A stretch of DNA of 64,000 nucleotides from an uncultured Gemmatimonadales bacterium (GTDB taxonomy: Bacteria > Gemmatimonadota > Gemmatimonadetes > Longimicrobiales > RSA9): positions 320,001-384,000 of the forward strand of contig CAWCUS010000005.1 in NCBI GenBank assembly GCA_963798845.1, in the 5' to 3' direction. A program made the translations under genes and the position numbers. The notes under the pieces are model-generated. The model worked only from the letters and a program-made list of their open reading frames with translations. It did no database searches and was not told the origin of the DNA. The first letter of the stretch is position 1; every line of letters starts with the position of its first letter. Positions 51,607-61,533 of this stretch are shown here, piece by piece.

Positions 51607-51749
51607 GCACGGGAGGCGTCGGAGCGGACGCCGGCCTGACGGCCGGCCCGGGACGATCCCGCACCCCCCGACACGATCCCGCACCGCCGGACACGCCGCA
51701 CGCCGCCTTCGGCTCCGGGCGGGTCCGATTCTTGACCGATGCGTCGAGC

Positions 51750-52766
51750 ATGAAAGTCGCCGCCATCGTGAGTCTGATCGCGGGCCTGGGCGCCATCGCC
51801 GGCCTGTTCCTGCTGTCGGATCCGGCGCACATCTGGGCGCTGATCGAGCAGGTGGCGGTGTGGCTCGTGCCGCTCTCCATCGCGCATTTCGTGTTCGTCT
51901 TCCTGACCACGATGGCGTGGCGCAGCCTGCTGGTGGCCCAGGACATGGACCGCCCGCTCAGGGAGCTGTTCCGGATGCGCTGGATCGGCGACGCCCTGTC
52001 GGCGCTCACCCCTTTCGGCATCGCCGACGGCGAGGCCGCCCGGGCGTACCTGCAGGCGAAGGAGACGGAGCTGGACGGGCCGAAGGTCGCCGCGGTGGTC
52101 ATGGTCGAGCTGACCGCGCGGCTGCTGTCGCTCGTGCTGTTCATCCTGGTGGGCATCCTCCTGCTCGCCATCTACGGAGGGCGGCACGTGTGGCTCACGG
52201 CGGGCGGCGCGACGGCGCTGCTGGTGGCGGGGCTGGGCGCGTACGTCTATGCCCAGAAGCACGACTGGCTGCACAAGCTGGCGCGGAAGATCGGGAAGCG
52301 AAGCAAGAGCGAGAAGTGGCAGGAGCTGGCCGGTGACACGGACGCGGTGAACGAGCACCTGGGCCCGATCTACGGCGAGCACGGAGCTTTCCTGCGTTGC
52401 ACCGGCTGGCACTTCGCCGCCTGGGTCTTCTCCGCCGCGGAGATGATGTTCCTTCTCTGGGTCCTGGACACGCCCGCGGGACCGATGGAAGCCTGGATCT
52501 TCGAAGCCATCGGGCAGGCGGCGCGCAACGCCGGCTTCTTCCTGCCCGCCGCCCTCGGCGCCCAGGAAGGCGGCTACTACCTCGGCGCGAAGGCGATCGG
52601 GAAGAGCTCCTCCGTGGGCGTGGCCGTGGCCATCATCAAGCGCGCCCGCGACATCATCTTCGGTGTGCCCGCGCTCCTGCTGTGGCAGGGGCACGAGCTG
52701 AAGGAGAACAAGGAAGAGGAGGAGGGCGACGAAGGGCGCGAGGCGGGCGAAGCCGCCGCGGGCTGA
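51750..52766 (+). CDS. Lysylphosphatidylglycerol-synthase TM / HpnL-like flippase-domain membrane protein
   Basis: Multiple TM segments; AWRSLL, GEAAR, PAALGAQEGG, KRARD. Confidence 0.78.
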   Translation: MKVAAIVSLIAGLGAIAGLFLLSDPAHIWALIEQVAVWLVPLSIAHFVFVFLTTMAWRSLLVAQDMDRPLRELFRMRWIGDALSALTPFGIADGEAARAYLQAKETELDGPKVAAVVMVELTARLLSLVLFILVGILLLAIYGGRHVWLTAGGATALLVAGLGAYVYAQKHDWLHKLARKIGKRSKSEKWQELAGDTDAVNEHLGPIYGEHGAFLRCTGWHFAAWVFSAAEMMFLLWVLDTPAGPMEAWIFEAIGQAARNAGFFLPAALGAQEGGYYLGAKAIGKSSSVGVAVAIIKRARDIIFGVPALLLWQGHELKENKEEEEGDEGREAGEAAAG

Positions 52767-52795
52767 ACGAGCCGGGCGCGAACCGGTTCCGCCGC

Positions 52796-54154
<1,359 letters not shown>

Positions 54155-54156
54155 GC

Positions 54157-55539
54157 TCAGCCGATTCCCGGGATCTCGATGCGGAACGTCGCGCCGCCGC
54201 CATGGCGGTTCGAGGCGATGATGGTGCCGCCGTGCATCTCCACGATGCGCCGGGCCACCGGCAGCCCCAGCCCCGTGCCCGTGGTGCGCGTGGTGTAGAA
54301 CGGGTCGAACACGCGCGCCTCCTCGCCGGGCGCCAGCCCCTCGCCCCTGTCCTCGACGCTGATGGACAGCCGGCCCCTGTCCTCCGCCACCGTGACTTCC
54401 GCGGGGAATCCGGCTGGCGACGCCTGCACGGCGTTGCGCAGCAGGTTCACCAGCACCTGCCGCAGGCGAAGCTCGTCCAGCGGCCATGTGGGCGGAGCGG
54501 CCCCGCCGTGGACGACCACGCCGTCGCCCGGGGCGGCCTCCTCCACGGAGGCTCGCGCGAGCGCAACCGGGTCGGTGGGGCGGAGCTGGAGCGGCGCGGA
54601 GCGGGCGAAGTCCAGGAGGTCCGACGTGAGCGCTTCCAGGCGACTCGCCTCCGTCACCACGCGCTCCGCCTTCCGCCTCACCGGGCTGTCGCCCGGGAGC
54701 TGCTCGAGCAGCAGCTGGCCGTGTCCTTTCAGGGACGCCAGCGGGTTGCGGATCTCGTGGGCGAGCACGGCCGACATCTCGCCGAGCTCGCTCAGCCGCC
54801 GCTGCTCCTCGAGACGCCGCTCCGCTTCCTCGAAGCGCTGCGACAGCCTCCAGAACACCAGCGCGGCCAGCATGAGGATGGCGGCGCCCACGGCCGAGAC
54901 CGCCAGCGTTCGTGACGCCCTGGCGACCATCTCCTCGGCCACCACCGGCTCGAACTCCAGCACCAGCACCGGCCGGTCCGCGCCGGGCCCGCCGGGGGAC
55001 CCGACGAAGTAGGCCCGCACCCGGTCGTCCACGCGGCCGACCACCGGACCCTCCTGCGGCTCCGGCAGCGCGAAGGCGACGCCCACGGGCGTCCCGCTCG
55101 CGGCGATCATCTCCCCCGCCGGGCTCAGGATGCCGGCGAAGCGGAGACCGCTCTCCCTCCGCTCGGCCAGCGTGCTGTCGAGCACTGCCTGGATCGCGGC
55201 CGCGCTCGCGCCCTCGCCCGACGGCGACCCGGGCGGGCGGCCGAGGTCGCGGCGCGTGCTGTCCGGCTCCGCCCGCGCACCCTCCTCCCCGCCCCGCCCG
55301 CCGTGCCGCCGGCCATCGTGCTGGCGTTCCCACGCCCGGAAGGCGCCGCTCCGTACCGCCGACTCGAGGATCTGCGCCTGTCCCCGGATGAGCGAGTCGG
55401 AAGCGTTGCGAACGCTCCGGTAGTTGGCCCACGCGCTGCCCACGAGCGCCAGCCCGAGGGCGAGGGTGGTGAACAGCCAGCCCCAGCGGGCGCGGCGGCC
55501 GCGCCTCGCCGCGCCGGGGTCCCCCTTCAGCGGCTGCAT
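54157..55539 (-). CDS. Sensor histidine kinase
   Basis: Two TM segments, [25 protein letters not shown]. Confidence 0.93.
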   Translation of the reverse strand: MQPLKGDPGAARRGRRARWGWLFTTLALGLALVGSAWANYRSVRNASDSLIRGQAQILESAVRSGAFRAWERQHDGRRHGGRGGEEGARAEPDSTRRDLGRPPGSPSGEGASAAAIQAVLDSTLAERRESGLRFAGILSPAGEMIAASGTPVGVAFALPEPQEGPVVGRVDDRVRAYFVGSPGGPGADRPVLVLEFEPVVAEEMVARASRTLAVSAVGAAILMLAALVFWRLSQRFEEAERRLEEQRRLSELGEMSAVLAHEIRNPLASLKGHGQLLLEQLPGDSPVRRKAERVVTEASRLEALTSDLLDFARSAPLQLRPTDPVALARASVEEAAPGDGVVVHGGAAPPTWPLDELRLRQVLVNLLRNAVQASPAGFPAEVTVAEDRGRLSISVEDRGEGLAPGEEARVFDPFYTTRTTGTGLGLPVARRIVEMHGGTIIASNRHGGGATFRIEIPGIG

Positions 55540-55580
55540 GGATCCATTGCTCCGTTACCCGGGGATGCCTGGCCCACGAC

Positions 55581-57052
55581 TCAGGACGGGAGCCCCGCGG
55601 CGGGGTCCAGGCCTCCCACATAGTAGTCCAGGAGCTTCTGCTGGAAGAGAAGCGAGTAGCGCGCGTTCACGCTGGCGCTGCTCGCCGACACCAGCTCGGC
55701 CCTGGACTGCGTGACCTCGAAGATGGTAGCGAGCCCGGCGTCGTAGCGCTCCTGCACCGCCCTGAGCGCCTGCGTCGCCGCCTTCACCCTCGCCTCCGCC
55801 GCATTCATCTGCTCCACCGCGGCCTCGCGGTCAAGGACCGCGCGGCGGACTTCGAGGGCGATCTGCTGCCGCAGGTCCGTCAGGGCCAGCTGCGCGTTGT
55901 CCGCCTGGATCCTCGCCCGCTCCGTCGCGCGCTGGGTTGTCAGCCTGTCGAAGAGCGGGAACGACACCGACAGACCGACCGAGCCGCTCTTCTTGTCGCT
56001 CAGCTGGTTCGCCAGCGACAGGTCGGCGGCGTTGGTGTACGAGCTGCCGTAGCCGGCCGACAGGCTCACGGTGGGCCACCACGACGCCGAGGCCGCCCTC
56101 ACGCCCGCCGACGCCGACCGGACGCCCGCCTGCGCCGCCTCCAGATCCGGGCGCGAGGCATACGCCGCGTCCAGGAGAGCGTTGACGTCCAGCGCCGTGT
56201 CCACCTTCACGCTCCCGGGCATGGCGGGCGCGGCGAACGCGTAGCTCGCGGCCGGATCGAGCTGGAGCACCTGGATCAGCGCGACCTTCTTCAGCGCCGT
56301 GTCGCGGCGCGCTTCGACCAGCGTCGACCTCGCCGCCGCCACCTGCGCTTCCTGCTGGTACAGGTCGGCGATGGGGCGAGTGCCCGCGTCCGACAGGGTC
56401 TGCACCTGCCTGAGCAGCTGCTCCTGCGCCATCAGGTTCTCCTCCGCCACCTTCACCTGTTCCTGCGCCGCGATCAGGTCCAGGTAGCCGGAGATCACCG
56501 AGAAGACCACGGTCTGCTCGGCCCGCTCCGTGTCCAGCTCCGCCGCGGCCCGGTCCAGGTTCGCCGCCTTCAGCGTGTTGACGTTCCGGAACCCGTCGAA
56601 GAGCGTCAGGCTGCTCGAAACCCGCGCCGAGCCGCTCCCCGTGTTGCCGCTCAGCAGCTGTCCCTCCGTCGTGTTGAAGGTGCGCCCGAAATCCTGGTTC
56701 CAGCCGCCGGAGAGCCGCAGGTCCGGCGCGAACGCCATGCGAGCGTCCTGGACCCCGAGCGCGGACAGGTCCTGCTGGTTCTGCGCGCGCTTCAGGGTGG
56801 TGCTCTGGCGCAGCGCCATGTCCACCGCCTCCTGGAACGTGATCACCGAGGAGTCTCCGGCCGACATGGTCTGCGCGGCGGCGGCGGCCGGCAGGGCGAG
56901 CGTCGCGGCCAGGCCCAGCGTCGCCAGGCCGAGCGCCGCCCGGCCCAGCGTCGTCGCCCGGCCGAGCGTCGCCGCCGCCAGCCCGCCCAGCTCGCCAGGG
57001 CAGTGCGGGGCGTCCCTCTCGCGCGAATCCGTCTTGCGTTGCTGTGCTGCAT
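55581..57052 (-). CDS. TolC-family outer membrane efflux protein (frameshift in the N-terminal leader)
   Basis: [40 protein letters not shown] 57052 follows GGAGG but is out of frame with the signal peptide ([10 protein letters not shown]). Confidence 0.85.
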
Positions 57053-57090
57053 GACATCCTCCATGGGGGCCGTGCCGGCCCGTCCAGAAA

Positions 57091-58308
57091 TCACTCGTAC
57101 CGGAGCGCCTCGATGGGATCGAGCGCCGCCGCCCGCCGCGCGGGATAGAAGCCGAAGAAGATCCCGACCGCGCCCGAGAAGCCGAGGGCGAGCGCGACGG
57201 TGGGAATGGAGATCAGGGTGCTCCAGCCGGTGACGTGGCCGAGGATGGTGCTCCCGGCCACGCCGAGGCCGAGGCCGATGAGGCCGCCGAGCACGCTCAT
57301 GACGACGCTCTCCACCAGGAACTGCGTCAGCACGTCGGAGCCGCGTGCGCCCATGGCGAGGCGGAGTCCCACCTCGCGCGTCCGCTCGGTGACCGAAACG
57401 AGCATGATGTTCATGATCCCGATCCCGCCCACCAGCAGCGAGATGCTGGCGATCGCGGCGAGGAGCAGGGTCATGACGTGTGTGGTCCCCTGCGCCGCTT
57501 CCGAGATCTGGTCCTGGTTGCGGATCGTGAAGTCGTCCGGCTGGTTGCCCGCCAGGCCGTGGGCGTCGCGCAGGATCTCGCGGATCTCCTGCTGCGCGGA
57601 CGGGACGTCGCCCGGCGAGAACGTGCTGGCCAGGATCTGCGGGATGAACATGCGTCCGCTGAGCCGGGTCTGGATCGTGGTGTACGGGGCCAGGATGGCG
57701 TCGTCCTGGTCGTGGCCGTCCGGGGTCTGCCCCTTGGCGGCCAGCACGCCGATGACCGTGACCGGCACGTTCCGGATCCGGATCTGACGGCCCACCGCGT
57801 CGCCGTTCGGGAACAGGTTCTTCGCCACGGTGCTGCCCAGCAGCACGTCCTTGCGCATGGCGCGCACGTCGGCCACGTCGAAGAAGCGGCCGTCGGTCAC
57901 CGGCCAGTCGCGGATGGTCTGGTAATCGGCGGACACGCCCATGATGAGGGTGTGCCAGTTGCCGGCTCCGCCGACGACCTGCCCGAACGTCATCACGACC
58001 GGCGAGACGCCGGCCACCAGGAAGCCCTGGCCGCGGATCATGTCCGCGTCATCCACGGTGAGACGCGTGAACGTCTGCGCGCCCTGGCTCACGCCGCCCT
58101 GCTCGGCTGCGCCCGGGGTGATGACGAGCATGTTGGTGCCCAGGTTCTGGATCTGCTGCTCGATCTGGTGCTGCGCTCCGGCGCCCACGGCCACCATGAC
58201 GATGACCGCCGCCACGCCGATGATGATCCCCAGCATGGTGAGGAGCGTGCGCATCTTGTTCTTCAGGATGCTCTGGCCCGCCACCTTGATCAGCACTTTC
58301 GACTTCAT
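57091..58308 (-). CDS. MacB-like ABC transporter permease
   Basis: RTLLTMLGIIIGV, SLLVGGIGIMNIMLVSVTERTREVG, PARRAAALDPIEALRYE. Confidence 0.95.
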   Translation of the reverse strand: MKSKVLIKVAGQSILKNKMRTLLTMLGIIIGVAAVIVMVAVGAGAQHQIEQQIQNLGTNMLVITPGAAEQGGVSQGAQTFTRLTVDDADMIRGQGFLVAGVSPVVMTFGQVVGGAGNWHTLIMGVSADYQTIRDWPVTDGRFFDVADVRAMRKDVLLGSTVAKNLFPNGDAVGRQIRIRNVPVTVIGVLAAKGQTPDGHDQDDAILAPYTTIQTRLSGRMFIPQILASTFSPGDVPSAQQEIREILRDAHGLAGNQPDDFTIRNQDQISEAAQGTTHVMTLLLAAIASISLLVGGIGIMNIMLVSVTERTREVGLRLAMGARGSDVLTQFLVESVVMSVLGGLIGLGLGVAGSTILGHVTGWSTLISIPTVALALGFSGAVGIFFGFYPARRAAALDPIEALRYE

Positions 58309-59075
58309 GCCGCACCTGCCGTTTTCACTTCGTCCATTCCCGCCAGGTCACTGGCCGCGACGTGGCGGTCGGGCACCGGCTCGTCCCTCACCACGCGGCC
58401 GTCCCTGAGCTCCACCACGCGGTGCGCGTAGCGGGCGATGTCCGGCTCGTGCGTCACCAGCACGATGGTCACGCCCTCCTCGTTCAGCTCCTGGAACAGC
58501 GCCATCACCTCCACGGACGTCACCGAGTCCAGGTTCCCCGTGGGCTCGTCCGCCAGCACCAGCGACGGGCGCGTCACCAGCGCCCGGGCGATGGCCACGC
58601 GCTGCTGCTGCCCGCCCGACAGCTCCGCCGGGTCGTGGTCCAGGCGGTCGCCGAGCCCCACCCGCTCGAGCGACGCCTTCGCCATCGCCCGCGTGTCCAG
58701 CTTCCGGCCCGTCCGGTCGTAGAGCAGCGGGAGCTCCACGTTCTCCAGCGCGTTCGTGCGCGCAAGCAGGTTGAAGCCCTGGAAGACGAAGCCCAGCTTC
58801 TGGTTGCGCACGTCCGCCAGCGCGTTCCTGTCCAGCCCGTCGACCCGCTCGCCATCCAGCGCGTAGCTGCCCGCGCTGGGCCGGTCCAGGCAGCCCAGGA
58901 TGTTCATGAGCGTCGACTTCCCCGACCCCGACGCGCCCATGATCGCCACCATCTCCCCGCGCTCCAGGGTGAGGTCCACGCCGTTCAGCGCGTGCACCTC
59001 GTTCTGCCCGGACCGGTAGACCTTCTCCAGCGCCCGCGCGTCGATCACGGGCGCCCCCCCCGCCGGCGCGATCAT
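58305..59075 (-). CDS. MacB/LolD-like ABC ATP-binding protein
   Basis: GASGSGKST, LSGGQQQRVAIARA, ADEPTGNLD, VTHE. Confidence 0.95.
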   Translation of the reverse strand: MIAPAGGAPVIDARALEKVYRSGQNEVHALNGVDLTLERGEMVAIMGASGSGKSTLMNILGCLDRPSAGSYALDGERVDGLDRNALADVRNQKLGFVFQGFNLLARTNALENVELPLLYDRTGRKLDTRAMAKASLERVGLGDRLDHDPAELSGGQQQRVAIARALVTRPSLVLADEPTGNLDSVTSVEVMALFQELNEEGVTIVLVTHEPDIARYAHRVVELRDGRVVRDEPVPDRHVAASDLAGMDEVKTAGAA

Positions 59076-60391
59076 CAGAACGCTCCCGGAGGCCGGCGGC
59101 CCCCGCTCGAGCCCGACTGGAACGGGTTCGCCGAAGTCTCGGGCGCCGCCGACCCGCTGGTCACGGCCGCGATCACCTGGAGCCCTTCCTTCACCGACGG
59201 CGGCGCCTTCGTGATCACCGTGTTCTGCCCGTCCGTGAGACCCGTCTGCACGGGCGCCACCGCCAGCTTTCCGTCCGCGTCCACGTACCAGAGGATGGCG
59301 TGCGACGACCCTGCTCCGCTCCCCGCCCGGGCGCTCCGGGCTCCGCCCCCGCCCGCCTGTCCGGCGCGCGCCCGCGCCGCCCACGCCGCCCGGCGTGCTT
59401 CGGCACCCGCGGCCGCGGCACTGTCGCCGTCGGCGCCCTGGCGCGCGGCAAAGCGCCCGGCGACCTGCGCCCGCATCGCCTCCGTGGGCTGGAAGCGGAG
59501 CGCCGTGTTCGGCACGGTCAGCGCGTCCTGGACGCTGTCCACCACGAACTCCACGGTCGCGGTCATCCCCGGGAGCAAGGCCCCCTCCGGGTTCGCCACC
59601 GTCACCACCGCGCTGTAGTTCACCACGTTCTCCGTGCTGGTCGACGCCAGTCGCACCTGCCGCACGCGGCCGCTGAACGTCCGCTCAGGGTACGCCTGCA
59701 CGGTGAAGCGAACGTCCTGTCCCTGGTGAATCTTCCCGATGTCGCTCTCATCCACGCTCGCCAGGATCTCCATCTGCCCCAGGTCGCGCGCCAGGACGAA
59801 CAGCGTCGGCGCCGAGAAGCTCGCCGCCACCGTCTGCCCCACGTCCACGCTTCGCGACACCACCACGCCGTCGATGGGCGCCCGGATCTCCGTGTACTCC
59901 AGGTTCCGCTTCGCCCGGTCCAGGCTGATCCTCGCCTGCTCGTACGTCGCCTTCGCCGCGTCGTACGTGTACTGCGCCTGGTCCTGCTCCGCGTCCGTCA
60001 CCACCTTCTTCGCGTGCAGCTCCGTCGACCGGTCCAGCGCCCGCTTCGCCTGCTCCAGGTCCGCCCTGTTCTTCGCCACGCTCGCGTCCGCCGACCGCAC
60101 CTCCTGCTGCAGGATCGTCGGATCGATCCGCGCCAGAAGCTGACCCGCCTTCACGTGGTCGTTGTAGTCCGCGTCGATCTCCGCCAGCTGACCCGAGACC
60201 TGCGTCCCCACGTCCACGGTCTCCGTCGCCTGCAGCGTCCCCGTGGCCGTCACCGTCGACTCCACGTCCCCCCGCCCCACGCTCACGAACCTGTACTGCG
60301 GCGTCGCGCCATCGCTCCGCCGCACCAGTCCCCACGACAGCAGCGCCAGCACCGCCACCGCGGCGGGGATCAGGATCTTCTTGCGCTTCAT
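59075..60391 (-). CDS. MacA-like periplasmic adaptor subunit
   Basis: ATG 60391 after GGAGA; VDVGTQVSG, IRAPIDGVV, VGQTVAASFSAPTLF, VDESDIG, LLPGMTA. Confidence 0.93.
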   Translation of the reverse strand: MKRKKILIPAAVAVLALLSWGLVRRSDGATPQYRFVSVGRGDVESTVTATGTLQATETVDVGTQVSGQLAEIDADYNDHVKAGQLLARIDPTILQQEVRSADASVAKNRADLEQAKRALDRSTELHAKKVVTDAEQDQAQYTYDAAKATYEQARISLDRAKRNLEYTEIRAPIDGVVVSRSVDVGQTVAASFSAPTLFVLARDLGQMEILASVDESDIGKIHQGQDVRFTVQAYPERTFSGRVRQVRLASTSTENVVNYSAVVTVANPEGALLPGMTATVEFVVDSVQDALTVPNTALRFQPTEAMRAQVAGRFAARQGADGDSAAAAGAEARRAAWAARARAGQAGGGGARSARAGSGAGSSHAILWYVDADGKLAVAPVQTGLTDGQNTVITKAPPSVKEGLQVIAAVTSGSAAPETSANPFQSGSSGGRRPPGAF

Positions 60392-60514
60392 CTCGTCGTT
60401 CTCCCCTGTGACCGGGATCCTGCCTGCCTCCGGGCTTCCACAATGGGCACGGACCGGACCATGGATACGTACAGTGATTGCAACGGTTTCCGTGATTCTG
60501 GCGGTGGGCGTCCC

Positions 60515-60548
60515 TGCGACATCCGCAGGGAATGCTGCGGAATTCGCA
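60515..60548. promoter_or_regulatory. Paired palindromic sites TGCG-N5-CGCA (candidate enhancer/UAS)
   Basis: TGCGACATCCGCA (60515-60527) and TGCGGAATTCGCA (60536-60548), 21 bp apart, upstream of the efflux operon. Confidence 0.5.
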
Positions 60549-60552
60549 GAGG

Positions 60553-60728
60553 GGGCTGAGGGCCGAGGGCCGAGGGCCGAGGGCCGAGGGCTGAGGGCTG
60601 AGGGCTGAGGCGCTGAGGGCTGAGGGCTGAGGGCTGAGGGCTGAGGGCTGAGGGCTGAGGGCTGAGGGCTGAGGGCTGAGGGCTGAGGGCTGAGGGCTGA
60701 GGGCTGAGGGCTGAGGGCTGAGGGCTGA
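60553..60728. repeat. Heptamer tandem repeat (GGGCYGA)x25
   Basis: Directly visible; four units are GGGCCGA and one is an 8-nt variant. Confidence 0.97.
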
Positions 60729-60935
60729 GGCGCGGCAGGAACGGCGGTCCGGACCCGAAAGTGACCTATCGGCCGCGCTGCCCGGCACGCTGGTCGATTT
60801 ACGGCTCCAGGGGCCGGAATTCGACCAAACGCCGGCCGAGCGCTCGACTGCGTGGTCACTTTCACGCTCCCAGAGCAGGATCGTGACCAAACGCCGCCAT
60901 CACAGGCCACGTCGGTCGCTATTCGGCGCCGGCGC

Positions 60936-61425
60936 CCCCCCCTACGGCCGGGCGGCCAGCCACCGCCGCGGCGCCCCCCCAGCCCACCCCCCTACGGCCG
61001 GGCGGCCAGCCCACCCCAGCCGCGGCCGCCCCCGCGCGCCCACCCCCCTACGGCCGGGCGGCCAGCCACCGCCGCGGCGCCCCCCCAGCCCACCCCTACG
61101 GCCGGGCGGCCAGCCACCGCCGCGGCGCCCCCCAGCCCCCCCTACGGCCGGGCGGCCAGCCACCGCCGCGGCGCCCCCCCAGCCCACCCCCCGGCCGGGC
61201 GGCCAGCCACCGCCGCGGCGCCCCCCAGCCCACCCCCCTACGGCCGGGCGGCCAGCCACCGCCGCGGCGCCCCCCCCAGCCCACCCCCCTACGGCCGGGC
61301 GGCCAGCCACCGCCGCGGCGCCCCCCCAGCCCACCCCCCTACGGCGGGCGGCCAGCCACCGCCGCGGCGCCCCCCCAGCCCGACACTACGGCCGGGCGGC
61401 GACCCACCGTCGGGCCACCCCCCCG
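60936..61425. repeat. About 49-bp tandem repeat x10
   Basis: Unit CCCCCTACGGCCGGGCGGCCAGCCACCGCCGCGGCGCCCCCCCAGCCCA; units differ mostly in C-run length. Confidence 0.95.
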
Positions 61426-61533
61426 CCCTCTTCGACCGGCCGGGCGTCCCCGGGCGAACGCCACTATTCAGGCTGGCGGCGCGTTGTATCTTGCCGGACC
61501 ACCGCCCACGAAACCGCAGCCGGGACACGACTG

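Noticed and set aside
60477..60495. Sigma-54 promoter for the efflux operon (minus strand CGGAAACCGTTGCA)
   Set aside because: GG to GC spacing is 8 nt rather than the required 10
60392..60910. SALSPQP-repeat N-terminal extension of the MacA-like protein
   Set aside because: It is just the heptamer repeat read through; ATG 60391 has an RBS and gives a typical membrane-anchor N-terminus
60936..61425. CRISPR array
   Set aside because: Units are head-to-tail with no unique spacers, and there are no cas genes in the window
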